A DNA stretch of 56,216 nucleotides, taken from NCBI GenBank assembly GCA_051959955.1, contig JBQCEU010000021.1, positions 1-56,216 of the forward strand. The letters are read 5' to 3'. The position numbers and the translations under genes were made by a program. This DNA is from Terriglobales bacterium. Its GTDB lineage: Bacteria; Acidobacteriota; Terriglobia; Terriglobales; SCQP01. This document shows positions 1 to 9,442 of this stretch, piece by piece. Position 1 is the stretch's first letter; every line of letters starts with the position of its first letter. The notes below the pieces were generated by a model, which saw only the letters and a list, made by a program, of their open reading frames with translations, had not been told where the DNA came from and searched no databases.

Positions 1-249
1 GCGGAATTCATGCAGAACGAGCTGCATGTGCGCGTGCCGGAGGCGGTGCTGGAGAGGATGCGGGGGGCGCGCACGGCGGAGGCGGCGAAGCGGGAAGGGC
101 TGGAGATCGCCAAGGAGATGGTGCGGGCGTTGCGGGGGAGGATCGCCGGCATCCAGATCAGCGTGCTGGGGCGGGATGCCGCCGCCGCCGAACTGCTGCG
201 CACCGCGCGCGACGAAGAAGCGGGTGCGGTTCCGGGCGCGAGCGCATGA
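1..249 (+). CDS. metF: methylenetetrahydrofolate reductase, C-terminal fragment (5' end upstream of window)
   Basis: The frame is open from base 1. The tail HVRVPEAVLERMRGA..EGLEIAKEMVRAL..IAGIQI resembles a MetF C-terminus. The stop overlaps the next start (ATGA at 246-249). GC3 is high. Confidence 0.5.
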   Translation, partial: AEFMQNELHVRVPEAVLERMRGARTAEAAKREGLEIAKEMVRALRGRIAGIQISVLGRDAAAAELLRTARDEEAGAVPGASA

Positions 250-725
250 TCTACGCCGACTGGCATGAGATTCTCGCTTCGCGGCTCGCGTGGCGGCGCG
301 CCGGGCAGCGGCTGGTGTTCACCAACGGGTGCTTTGATCTGCTGCACCCCGGGCATATCGCCACGCTGGAGCAGGCGCGTTCGCTGGGCGACCTCCTGCT
401 GGTGGCCATCAACACCGATGCCTCGGTGCAGCGAGGCAAGGGCCCGGAGCGGCCCATCATCTCCCAGGCGGAACGGGCGGAGGTGCTGGCCGCGCTGGAG
501 TGCGTGGACCACGTCACCTTTTTTGACGAGCCGACGCCGCTGGCGTTGATCGCGGCACTGCTGCCGGAAGTGCTGGTCAAAGGCGCCGACTGGGGGCCGG
601 GAGAGGTGGTGGGGGAGGCGGAGGTGCTGGCCGCCGGGGGCTGGGTGGAGCGGGCGCCGATTACTCCCGGCTACTCGACCACGGCGATGATTGCGCGGGC
701 CCGGGAAGAAAACTGCCAGCTTTGA
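246..725 (+). CDS. rfaE2: D-glycero-beta-D-manno-heptose 1-phosphate adenylyltransferase (RfaE domain II-type cytidylyltransferase)
   Basis: 159 aa. It carries TNGCFDLLHPGH (HxGH nucleotidyltransferase motif) and VLVKGADW..GYSTT, typical of RfaE-II/HldE C-terminal domains. Confidence 0.85.
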   Translation: MIYADWHEILASRLAWRRAGQRLVFTNGCFDLLHPGHIATLEQARSLGDLLLVAINTDASVQRGKGPERPIISQAERAEVLAALECVDHVTFFDEPTPLALIAALLPEVLVKGADWGPGEVVGEAEVLAAGGWVERAPITPGYSTTAMIARAREENCQL

Positions 726-982
726 AAAGCGCCGCCGAGGGCAGCGAATTTCTCCAATATTCGACTGCAAGATATTGAAAACACAGGGTCGGCCATTGGA
801 GACGAGTGTCCAATTTTGGGGGAGAAATTGGACCGTTCCAACCGCTTAGCGAAACTGACTGGCGCCACCTTCACAGACTGCTCCCGGACAGCTTAGATGC
901 GCCTGCAAGCGGCCAAGGTGGCCTGCCACGGCGGCCGCCCTGGGTGGACGGCCGCGTGGGGAGAAGAGAGACTTAGCGCCGC

Positions 983-1570
983 TTAACAGGCGCCGGCGGA
1001 GAGGTGCTGCGAAGCCTGCAGCAGGCGTTCGCGGTGCTGCGGGCCCAGCTTGCCGAGGAAGGGGAGGAGGGCGCTGAGGAAGGCTTCCTCGGGGGAGGCG
1101 AGGGTGCCCACAGCCAGCAGGGAAGCGACGCTGGTGCCCATGGCGAGGGCCATGCGCTCCAGCGAGGTGAGGGTGGGCGTCGCCTTGTCGTTTTCGATCT
1201 TGCTGACGTAGGTGCGGGGGACGTGCATGCGCTCGGCCAGTTGGCGTTGACTGAGGCCGCGGCGCTGACGCCAATGGCGAATGGCCCCGGCCACGTCCGG
1301 CACCGGGACGCCGGTGGCCTCGGCGGTTTCGATGCCCGGCTCTCCAGCGCTGGCCAGCTTGACCGCAGGCGCGGGCGTGGGCGCGGCGGCAGGACGCACA
1401 TCCAGATCAGCCCGGCAGCGGCGGCAGTGGCTGTTCTGGGTGCGGAACTGCACCATCTGGCACTGCGGGCAGCGCAGCACCTCACGTTCGCCGGGCGCCG
1501 AGGGCGTAAGGCACACCACCGACTGTGTCTGTGGAGTGCTCTCCAGGTTGGCAGCTAAATTGGTTCCCAT
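983..1570 (-). CDS. XRE-family HTH transcriptional regulator with N-terminal zinc ribbon
   Basis: 195 aa. CPQCQ..CRRC zinc-ribbon pair at the N-terminus. HTH_3 core: RQRRGLSQRQLAERMHVPRTYVSKIENDKATPTLTSLERMA. Confidence 0.8.
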   Translation of the reverse strand: MGTNLAANLESTPQTQSVVCLTPSAPGEREVLRCPQCQMVQFRTQNSHCRRCRADLDVRPAAAPTPAPAVKLASAGEPGIETAEATGVPVPDVAGAIRHWRQRRGLSQRQLAERMHVPRTYVSKIENDKATPTLTSLERMALAMGTSVASLLAVGTLASPEEAFLSALLPFLGKLGPQHRERLLQASQHLSAGAC

Positions 1571-1631
1571 GCCGTATGGGAGGGTTGTCCAGAGCTCGGC
1601 CTAGATACTGTGACTGGAAGCGGGGTGATTG

Positions 1632-4271
1632 TCAAGGCTTTACGGCAACGATCTTTTCGACCGCCGCCGGCACCTGGGCGAGCACTGTGTCCAGACGCTC
1701 GGGGGGGATGCCGCCGGCTTCGGCGAGTTCGGGGCGGCCGCCGCCCTTGACGCCTTCGAGACCGCGCAGGATGCCGCCGGCGGGCAGGCGCTTGGCCAGG
1801 TCGGCGGAGACGCTGAGGATGAGGGTGACCTTGCCTTCGGTTTCACCGCCCAAGGCGACCACGCCGCTGCCCAGCTTTTGACGGAACTCATCGGCCAGGG
1901 CGCGCATCTGGGAGCGGTCGAGGCCATCTACGCGCGTCGCCTGGATCTTGATGCCCGCGACCTCGCGGACCTCCTGGCTGCCGCCCGCCTGGGACTGGGC
2001 GGACTTCATGCGCAGGCGCTGGTTTTCCTTTTGTGCCTGCTTCAACTGCTCCAGAGCGCGCTCGACGGCGTTGGGGAGTTCCGGCTCCTGGGCGTGGAGC
2101 AGCTCGCTGAGGCGGCGCAGGCGCTCGCTGCCCTGCTGTACCAGCTCATAGGCGCCCATGCCGGTCACCGCCTCAATGCGGCGCACGCCGGCGGCGACGC
2201 TGGTTTCATAGACGATTTTGAACAAGCCGATGTCGCCAGTGCGGCGGACGTGGGTGCCGCCGCACAGCTCCTGGCTGAAGCCGGGCACGCTGACCACGCG
2301 CACATCCTGCTGATACTTTTCACCGAAGAGGGCCATGGCGCCGGTGGTGAGGGCTTGCTCCAGAGGCATGATCTCGGTGTTGACCGGCACGTTGCGCAGA
2401 ATCTCGGTGTTGACCAGGCGTTCGATCTCCTCGATCTGGCTGGTACTGAGCGGGGCATAGTGGGAGAAATCAAAGCGCAGGCGGGTCGGTTCAACCACGG
2501 AGCCGGCCTGCTTGACGTGGGTGCCGAGCACCTGGCGCAGGGCGGCATGCAGCAGGTGGGTGGCGGTGTGGTTGCGGCGGGTGGCGTCGCGGCGTTCGAC
2601 GTCCACACTGGCCTCGACCTGCTCGCCGACGCGCAGCGGCTGGCGGGCGCGAATGCGGTGGAGGTTGAGGCCGCTGACCGGCGCGACGGTGTCGAGCACC
2701 TCCGCCGCCAGGCCGCGGGCGGTGGTCCACACGCCGCGGTCGCCGATCTGGCCGCCGCTGGCGGCATAGAAGGGGGTATGGTCGAGCACCGCCTCCAGCT
2801 CGTCGCCCGGGGCGGCGGTGTCCACGCGCTCGCCGCCACGGAGCAGCGCGCGGATCGTGCTGCCAGGGCTGTCGGTGGCTTCGTAGCCGTCAAAACGGGT
2901 GCGGCCGGCCGCCACCAGCTCCTGATATACGCCGCCGGCGCTGGCCTGCTCGCCCCCTTTCCAACTGCGGCGGGCGCGGCTGCGCTGTTCCTCCATCTCC
3001 GCTTCGTAGCCGGCGAGGTCGAGGGTGAAGTTGCGCTCGCGGGCGATCTCCTGGAGGACGTCGAGGGGGAGGCCGAAGGTGTCGTAAAGCCGGAAGATGT
3101 CCTTGCCGGGCAGGACGGTCAGCTTGGGATCGAGCGTGCGTTCGAGTTCCTTGAGCGCCAGCGCGAGGGTGTGGGAGAAGCGGTCTTCCTCGGCGCGAAT
3201 CACAGCGGCGACGCGGGTGCGGCTTTCTTCCAGATCGGGATAAGCGGGGGCCATGACCTCGGCAACCTTGCCAGCCAGCTCGTACAGGAAGGCGGATTCG
3301 ATGCCCAGCAGCTTGCCGTGGCGCAGGGCCCGGCGGATGATTTTGCGCAGTACGTAGCCACGGCCTTCGTTGGCAGGCAGCACGCCGTCGTGGACGAGGA
3401 AGGTGGCGGCGCGGGCGTGGTCGGCGAGGATGCGCAGCGAAATGTCGGAGCGCGATGCCGCGCCGTAGTTAACCCCGGCGCGGTGGCCGGCGGCGGCGAT
3501 GAGCGGCTGAAAAAGATCGGTGTCGTAGTTGCTGAGCTTGCCCTGGAGGACGGCGGCGAGGCGTTCGAGACCGGCGCCGGTGTCAATCGAGGGGCGGGGC
3601 AGGGGAGTGAGCGTGCCCGCGGCGTCGCGCTCGAATTGCATGAAGACCAGGTTCCAGATTTCGACGTAGCGGCCGCAGTCGCAGGGGAAGCGGCAATCGG
3701 TATGTCCCTGTTCGCTGGCGGCCGCGCCCTGATCGTAGTGGAGCTCGGAGCAGGGGCCGCAGGGGCCGGTGTCGCCCATGGCCCAGAAGTTTTCGGCTGC
3801 GCCGAGGCGGAAAACGCGGTCGGCGCCGAGGCCGATGGCGTTGCGCCATATGCCTTCGGCCTGATCGTCGTCTTCATAGACGGTGGCGTAGAGCTTGCCG
3901 GCGGGGATGGAGTAGCCTTCGGGGCCGGTGAGCAGTTCCCAGGCAAAGGCGATGGCGTCGTCCTTGAAGTAGTCGCCGAAGCTGAAGTTGCCCAGCATCT
4001 CGAAGAATGTATGGTGACGGGCGGTGAAGCCGACGTTTTCGAGGTCGTTGTGCTTGCCGCCGGCGCGGACACACTTCTGGACGGTGGTGGCGCGGACATA
4101 GTCGCGCTTTTCCAGACCGAGGAAGAGGTCCTTGAACTGGTTCATGCCGGCGTTGGTGAACAGCAGCGTGGGATCGCCCTGCGGGACCAGGGGCGAGGAC
4201 GCCACCACGCGGTGGCCACGGGCCTGGAAGAAGGCGAGAAAGCGGCGGCGGATTTCCGTACCGGTCATCAT
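1632..4271 (-). CDS. alaS: alanine--tRNA ligase
   Basis: 879 aa. Motifs FTNAGMNQFKD and HHTFFEMLGNFSFGDYFK, an editing domain with HTATHLLH, and a C-terminal DHHA1-like tail. Confidence 0.98.
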   Translation of the reverse strand: MMTGTEIRRRFLAFFQARGHRVVASSPLVPQGDPTLLFTNAGMNQFKDLFLGLEKRDYVRATTVQKCVRAGGKHNDLENVGFTARHHTFFEMLGNFSFGDYFKDDAIAFAWELLTGPEGYSIPAGKLYATVYEDDDQAEGIWRNAIGLGADRVFRLGAAENFWAMGDTGPCGPCSELHYDQGAAASEQGHTDCRFPCDCGRYVEIWNLVFMQFERDAAGTLTPLPRPSIDTGAGLERLAAVLQGKLSNYDTDLFQPLIAAAGHRAGVNYGAASRSDISLRILADHARAATFLVHDGVLPANEGRGYVLRKIIRRALRHGKLLGIESAFLYELAGKVAEVMAPAYPDLEESRTRVAAVIRAEEDRFSHTLALALKELERTLDPKLTVLPGKDIFRLYDTFGLPLDVLQEIARERNFTLDLAGYEAEMEEQRSRARRSWKGGEQASAGGVYQELVAAGRTRFDGYEATDSPGSTIRALLRGGERVDTAAPGDELEAVLDHTPFYAASGGQIGDRGVWTTARGLAAEVLDTVAPVSGLNLHRIRARQPLRVGEQVEASVDVERRDATRRNHTATHLLHAALRQVLGTHVKQAGSVVEPTRLRFDFSHYAPLSTSQIEEIERLVNTEILRNVPVNTEIMPLEQALTTGAMALFGEKYQQDVRVVSVPGFSQELCGGTHVRRTGDIGLFKIVYETSVAAGVRRIEAVTGMGAYELVQQGSERLRRLSELLHAQEPELPNAVERALEQLKQAQKENQRLRMKSAQSQAGGSQEVREVAGIKIQATRVDGLDRSQMRALADEFRQKLGSGVVALGGETEGKVTLILSVSADLAKRLPAGGILRGLEGVKGGGRPELAEAGGIPPERLDTVLAQVPAAVEKIVAVKP

Positions 4272-4289
4272 CGTGAATAGTTTAAAGCA

Positions 4290-4314
4290 GGGGTGAGGGG
4301 TGAGGGGTTAGGGG
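4290..4314 (+). repeat. G-tract heptamer repeat (GGGGTGA GGGGTGA GGGGTTA GGGG), 19-43 nt upstream of the alaS start
   Basis: Read directly from the sequence: four GGGG runs separated by 3-nt spacers. The pattern fits a G-quadruplex on the plus strand and gives a C-rich repeat in the alaS leader. Confidence 0.9.
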
Positions 4315-4316
4315 TG

Positions 4317-4353
4317 AGCAAAACAAAGGCCCGCCCGGAGATCCGGGCGGGCC
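4317..4353 (-). terminator. Rho-independent terminator of the BNR-repeat gene
   Basis: Perfect 11-bp stem GGCCCGCCCGG/CCGGGCGGGCC with a 4-nt loop. On the minus strand it is followed by TTTGTTTTG. It lies 23 nt after the stop at 4376. Confidence 0.8.
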
Positions 4354-4375
4354 TGGGAGGGGCTGCTGACGGCAG

Positions 4376-7300
4376 TTACCGTGAGCTACCGCTGCGGCTG
4401 GCGGCGATGGGCTTGAGGTTGTGCTGCTGCAGCAGGGCGTTGAAGGCAGCGACGTCACGCGACTGCAACTGATGCCAGGCGTCGAGCTGGGTCTGCAGTT
4501 GCGCGGTGAGGTCGTTGTAGACGTCCACCACGTGCGGCGGCGGGGCGCAGGTGCACTCCTCCACGCGGCCGGCCAGGGCGGCCAGCTTGTTGTCAATCAT
4601 GATGGGGTAGTTGAGCGGGTCTTCGCCGCTCTTGTTGTTGAGGTTGGATATTTTGTAGATCACCTCGTGCAGCTTCTGATCGAGGGCCGAGCCGGCGGAG
4701 GAGACTTCGGCCGGGCCGGACTTGCCCGCCTCGGCGATCTGCTTCTGCAGCGAGAGCATGTCGCGCACCGCGCCCCAGGCCTCGGTCAGGTGCTGGTTGA
4801 TCTTCACCGCCAAGTTGTACTGCGCCTCAAGATCGGCCTGGCTGGCGTGCAGCCGGGGATCGAGGGTGACGGTGAGCGGGGTGGTGTAGGACTGGCCGTT
4901 GACGGTCAGTTTGACGGTGTAGGCGCCGGTGGGCACGGTGGGCGAGACGCCGCCGCGCGCGCCCCACAGGGCTTCGCCCTTGATGGCGGTGGGCGGGGTC
5001 AGCGCCTCCAGGTTCCAGGCGAAGCGGTTGAAGCCCTGCTTGTCAGGCACGGTGACCCCGCCGCCAAAGCCGCCGCGGCGGCCGCCACGGCCGCCGGCCT
5101 CGGCGCGAGGCTTGGGGTTGTCGGCGCTGGAGTAGTGCTTCATCAGCTCGCCCTGGGCGTTGGTGATGTCAATCGTCACCGGGCCTTCGGGCGCCGAAGC
5201 GAGATAGTAATCAATCACCGCCGGTCCGGGCGGGTTCTGGCCGAAGTTGCCGCCGCGGCCGCCGAAGCCGAAGAAGCCGCCGCCGCCTTCGGTGCGCATC
5301 GCCGGCTCGGGCTTGAACAGGGTGACGGGCGCCGCGCTCACGGAGGGGTTCCATTGCCGCAGCGGGGTGATGTCGTCCAGGCTCCAGAAGGCGCGGCCGT
5401 GGGTGGCGAGCACCAGGTCGTTGCCGTGGACTTCGAGGTCACGGACCGAGACATGCGGCAGGTTGAGCTGCAGCGGCTCCCACTGGTCGCCGTTGTTGAA
5501 GCTGACGAAGACGCCGCGTTCCGTGCCGGCGAAGAGCAGGCCCGGGCGGACGGTGTCGGGGGCGACGGATTGCACGTAGTAGCCCTGAGGGATGCCGGAG
5601 ACGATCTTGGTCCAGGACTGGCCGCAGTCGGAGGTGCGGTAGGCGTAGGGTGCAAAGTCGTCGAGCTTGTTGCGCCGGGCGGCGACATAGGCGGTGCAGG
5701 CCTCGAAGGGCGAAACGTTGATGTTGCCGATTTTGGCCCACTGCTTGTCGTTCTTGAGTTCGGGCGGGGTGACGTCGGTCCAGTGGCCGCCACCGTCCTT
5801 GGTGATGTGCACCAGGCCATCGTCGCTGCCGGCCCAGATCAGGCCTTTCTGCTTGGGAGACTCGACCACCGAGAAGATGACGTCGTAGTACTCGGCGCTG
5901 GTGTTGTCCTGGGTGATGGGGCCGCCTGAGGACTGCTGCTTGCTCTTGTCGTTGCGGGTGAGATCGGGGCTGATGATGGTCCAGTGATCGCCCATGTCGG
6001 TGCTCTTGAAAAGCACATTGCCGCCGTAGTAGACGGTGTTGTCGTCGAAGGGCGAAGTGGCGATGGGCGCCGACCACTGGAAGCGGTACTTCATGTCCAC
6101 GTCGCCGTGGCCCATGGGGTTGTCGGGATAGGGGCCGATGGGCGTGGAGAAGCCGGTCTTGACGTCGTAGCGGCTCATATCGCCGTCATAGGACTCGCCG
6201 TAGACAATGTTGGAGTCGTGGGGCTTGGGCATCAGCCAGCCGCTCTCGCCGCCGGAGGCGCCGTACTGATCGTTGGGCGTGATGACGCCGTGGTTGGTGC
6301 GGGTGGCAATCACCACCGAACCGGCATCCTGCTTTTCGCCGTAGACGTGGTAGTTGACGTCGTCGTCGGTGGCGATGGAGTAAAACTGGCCGGTGGGCTG
6401 GTTGAGATTGCTGGACCAGGTTTTGCCGTTGTCGAGCGAGATGAACGCGCCCTCGTCGGAACTGGTCATCATGTGGGTCGGGTTCTGGGGATCAATCCAC
6501 AGGCCGTGGCTGTCGCCGCCGTGGATGGACTCGAACTTTTTGCCGCCGTCGGTGGAGCGGTAGAGGCCGGTGTTCTCGACATAGACCGTGTCCACGCTCT
6601 TGGGATCGGCAAAAATATGGGTGAAGTACCAGGCGCGCTGGCGGTAGTTGTCTTCGTCGTTGACCAGCTTCCAGCTTGCGCCGGCGTTGTCGGAGACGTA
6701 GATGCCGCCGTCCTTGGCCTCGATGAGGGCGTAGACGCGGGAGCTGTTGGCGCCGACCGTCACGCCGATCTTCCCCCAGACGCCGGTGGGCAGGCCATTG
6801 CCGGTCAACTGCGTCCAGGTGGAACCGCCGTCGGTGGATTTGTAAAGGCCACTGCCGGGACCGCCGCTATCGGAGCGCCAGGGCAGGCGGAGGAACTGGT
6901 AGAGGCCGGCGTAGAGGATCTGGGTGTTGTTGGGGTCGAAGGCGACGTCCACCCCGCCGGTCTTGTCATCCTTGTAAAGAACCTTTTGCCAGGTCTTGCC
7001 GCCGTCGGTGGTGCGGAAGATGCCGCGCTCGGCATTGGGGCCGGAGGCGTGGCCCATGGCGGCGACAAATACCCGGTTGGGATCCTTGGGGTCCACCAGC
7101 ACGCGCGAGATGTGCTGGCTGTCCTCGAGGCCGATGTGCTGCCAGGTCTTGCCGGCATCGGTGGACTTGTACATGCCGTTGCCGTAGCTGATGTCGTTGC
7201 GCAGGCAGCCTTCGCCGGTGCCGACATAAATGATGTTGGGGTCGGAGGGAGCGACCTCAATGGCGCCGATGGACTGGACGTCTTCACCGTCAAACAGCGG

Positions 7301-7567
7301 CCGCCAGCTTTCGCCGGCGTCGGTGGTTTTCCATACGCCGCCGTCCACGGAGCCAAAGTAAAAATCCTTGGAATCGCCAGGGATGCCGCTGACCGCCAGC
7401 ACGCGGGCGCCATTGAAGGGGCCGATGAGGCGGTAATGCAAGTTGGCCAGCGCCTGCTGCACGCCGCCGGCTTGCGCACCCACCGGTCGTGCCGCAACCA
7501 TCATTCCGCCCGCTGCCAGCGTCACAGCCGCGCCGGCGGTCAGACTCATCAGCATCTTTCGCTTCAT
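4376..7567 (-). CDS. secreted BNR/Asp-box repeat beta-propeller protein (sortilin/VPS10-like, GH74-like architecture)
   Basis: More than 10 Asp-box motifs (TTDAGESW, STDAGKTW, TTDGGKTW, STDGGSTW, SDNAGASW, SLDNGKTW, STDMGDHW, TKDGGGHW, TSDCGQSW). A signal peptide starts at the Met at 7567, preceded by an AGGGGGA Shine-Dalgarno. The track ORF extends to 7612. Confidence 0.9.
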   Translation of the reverse strand: MKRKMLMSLTAGAAVTLAAGGMMVAARPVGAQAGGVQQALANLHYRLIGPFNGARVLAVSGIPGDSKDFYFGSVDGGVWKTTDAGESWRPLFDGEDVQSIGAIEVAPSDPNIIYVGTGEGCLRNDISYGNGMYKSTDAGKTWQHIGLEDSQHISRVLVDPKDPNRVFVAAMGHASGPNAERGIFRTTDGGKTWQKVLYKDDKTGGVDVAFDPNNTQILYAGLYQFLRLPWRSDSGGPGSGLYKSTDGGSTWTQLTGNGLPTGVWGKIGVTVGANSSRVYALIEAKDGGIYVSDNAGASWKLVNDEDNYRQRAWYFTHIFADPKSVDTVYVENTGLYRSTDGGKKFESIHGGDSHGLWIDPQNPTHMMTSSDEGAFISLDNGKTWSSNLNQPTGQFYSIATDDDVNYHVYGEKQDAGSVVIATRTNHGVITPNDQYGASGGESGWLMPKPHDSNIVYGESYDGDMSRYDVKTGFSTPIGPYPDNPMGHGDVDMKYRFQWSAPIATSPFDDNTVYYGGNVLFKSTDMGDHWTIISPDLTRNDKSKQQSSGGPITQDNTSAEYYDVIFSVVESPKQKGLIWAGSDDGLVHITKDGGGHWTDVTPPELKNDKQWAKIGNINVSPFEACTAYVAARRNKLDDFAPYAYRTSDCGQSWTKIVSGIPQGYYVQSVAPDTVRPGLLFAGTERGVFVSFNNGDQWEPLQLNLPHVSVRDLEVHGNDLVLATHGRAFWSLDDITPLRQWNPSVSAAPVTLFKPEPAMRTEGGGGFFGFGGRGGNFGQNPPGPAVIDYYLASAPEGPVTIDITNAQGELMKHYSSADNPKPRAEAGGRGGRRGGFGGGVTVPDKQGFNRFAWNLEALTPPTAIKGEALWGARGGVSPTVPTGAYTVKLTVNGQSYTTPLTVTLDPRLHASQADLEAQYNLAVKINQHLTEAWGAVRDMLSLQKQIAEAGKSGPAEVSSAGSALDQKLHEVIYKISNLNNKSGEDPLNYPIMIDNKLAALAGRVEECTCAPPPHVVDVYNDLTAQLQTQLDAWHQLQSRDVAAFNALLQQHNLKPIAASRSGSSR

Positions 7568-7658
7568 CTTTGGAAGTCCCCCTAAAGTGGTTTTTTCCAC
7601 CCAGCCAACCATCGTATGTCAAGCACGGCGGAGAAGGAAGTAGCAATATTCTGGAAGC

Positions 7659-8339
7659 ATGACGAGCACATGGCGTGAATTGGCGGTGAGTGACGGAAGC
7701 AACATGGCGGCGTACACGGTGCAGCCGGAGAAGGGGTCTGGGCGAGGAGTGATCGTGCTGCAGGAAGCCTTTGGGGTCAACGCGCACATTCGGGATGTGG
7801 CGGGGCGGTTGGCGGGGCTGGGATATTGGGCCATAGCCCCGGACGTGTTTCACCGAACCGCGCCCAGGTTCGAGGGCGATTACAGCGACTTTCGCAAATC
7901 CCTGCCGCATACGAAAGCGGTGACGCTGGAGGGCGTGGCGGCGGACCTGCACGCGGCTCATGACTGGCTGAGCGGCCATGGCATCACGGAGGTGGCGGCG
8001 GTGGGGTTTTGCATGGGAGGGCGGCTGGCGGTGCGCGCGGCCCAGGTGCTGCCGCTGCGGGCGGCGGCCTCGTTCTACGGAGGAAATCTGCTGAGCCTGG
8101 GGGAGACGGTGGCCGAGATCAACGCGCCCTTGCTGCTGGTGTGGGGCGATCGCGATACACATATTCCGCCGGAGCAGCGGGCGGAGTTCGTGGGGCGGCT
8201 GCGGGAGAAGGGCAAGAGTTTTGTGGAGTGCACGTTTTCGCGGGCTGGGCACGGGTTTTTCTGCGATCAGCGGGAGAGCTACGAGCCGGAGTCGGCGCGC
8301 GAGGCCTGGGCGCTGTTGACGGCGTTCCTGCAGCGTTGA
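7659..8339 (+). CDS. dienelactone hydrolase family protein
   Basis: 226 aa. GVIVLQEAFGVN, nucleophile elbow GFCMGG, and a WGDRDTHIP..GHGF tail. Confidence 0.85.
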   Translation: MTSTWRELAVSDGSNMAAYTVQPEKGSGRGVIVLQEAFGVNAHIRDVAGRLAGLGYWAIAPDVFHRTAPRFEGDYSDFRKSLPHTKAVTLEGVAADLHAAHDWLSGHGITEVAAVGFCMGGRLAVRAAQVLPLRAAASFYGGNLLSLGETVAEINAPLLLVWGDRDTHIPPEQRAEFVGRLREKGKSFVECTFSRAGHGFFCDQRESYEPESAREAWALLTAFLQR

Positions 8340-8371
8340 GCCGGAGCTTTGGCGGCGGCATCCGAGTGGAG

Positions 8372-9442
8372 ATGGGGAAGCGAATGGTAGTGGTGTTGAC
8401 GGGGGCTTCGGCGGGAGTGGGAAGAGCCACCGCCCGGCGTTTGGCTGGAGCGGGAGTATGCATCGGGCTGCTGGCGCGCGGCCGCGTGGGACTGGAAGCG
8501 ACACGCGTGGAGGTGGAGGCGCGGGGCGGGGAAGCGCTGGCCATTCCGACCGACGTGAGCGATGCGGCGCAAGTGGAGGCGGCCGCGCAGGCGGTGGAGG
8601 AGAAGTTTGGGCCGCTGGACGTATGGATCAACAACGCCATGACGTCGGTGTTTTCGCCGGTGCGTGAGTTGTTGCCTGAAGAGATACTCCGGGTCACCGA
8701 GGTGACCTACCTGGGGCAGGTGTACGGCACCATGGCCGCGTTGCGGCGGATGCTGCCGCGCGACCGGGGGGTGATTGTGCAGGTGGGCTCCGCTCTGGCT
8801 TACCGCGGTATCCCCTTGCAGGCGGCGTATTGCGGCGCCAAACATGCCATCCAGGGCTTTACCGAGTCGCTGCGCTGCGAGCTGATCCACGACCGCAGCC
8901 GGGTGCGCCTCACCATGGTGCAGATGCCGGGAATGAATACCCCGCAGTTTGGCTGGGTGAAGAGCCGGCTGCCGCACCGGGCTCAGCCGGTGCCGCCGAT
9001 CTACCAGCCGGAGGTGGCGGCGGAGGCGATAGCGTTTGCCATTCGGCATCGGCGACGGCAGATGCTGGTGGGAGGATCCACCATCAAGGCGGTGGAAGGG
9101 AATAAGATCGCCGCCTTTTGGCTGGACTACTATTTGGGCCGAACCGGCTACAAGGCCCAGCAAACGAACGAACATGAGGAGCCGGGGCGCCCTGACAACT
9201 TGTGGCAGCCGGTAAATGAAGATCGCGGCGCCCACGGCACGTTCGACCGGCGGGCCCAAGCCTCGAGCCGGGCGCTTTGGCTGGCGGTCCACCGTCCCGC
9301 GGGCTGGGGTTGGGCGATGCTGGCCGCGGGCTTGGCGGCGGGAGTGGTGGCTGCAAGGGCCATGCGGCCAGGAGCAGCAAGCCGGCAGCCGCAGCGGTGG
9401 CGGGCTAGTGACGAGCCCAGGTTATTCCGCCGTCGTGCGTAA
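8372..9442 (+). CDS. SDR family oxidoreductase with hydrophobic C-terminal tail
   Basis: Internal ATG with a GGAG Shine-Dalgarno. TGASAGVGRA (TGxxxGxG), NNAM, and YCGAKHA (YxxxK). The part of the track ORF upstream of this start overlaps the previous gene. Confidence 0.85.
   Translation: MGKRMVVVLTGASAGVGRATARRLAGAGVCIGLLARGRVGLEATRVEVEARGGEALAIPTDVSDAAQVEAAAQAVEEKFGPLDVWINNAMTSVFSPVRELLPEEILRVTEVTYLGQVYGTMAALRRMLPRDRGVIVQVGSALAYRGIPLQAAYCGAKHAIQGFTESLRCELIHDRSRVRLTMVQMPGMNTPQFGWVKSRLPHRAQPVPPIYQPEVAAEAIAFAIRHRRRQMLVGGSTIKAVEGNKIAAFWLDYYLGRTGYKAQQTNEHEEPGRPDNLWQPVNEDRGAHGTFDRRAQASSRALWLAVHRPAGWGWAMLAAGLAAGVVAARAMRPGAASRQPQRWRASDEPRLFRRRA

Noticed and set aside
1629-4280. 883-aa plus-strand ORF exactly mirroring alaS
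   Set aside because: Ala/Gly/Leu-rich junk translation. It is a shadow ORF antisense to an unmistakable alaS, as expected in high-GC DNA.
8009-8371. Upstream extensions of track ORFs (8009, 11180, 18116, 18436, 20625, 23974, 31035) overlapping the preceding genes
   Set aside because: The extensions run in alternative frames of well-supported upstream genes and have poor composition. Internal starts with Shine-Dalgarno sequences or stop/start overlaps give full-length homologous proteins.
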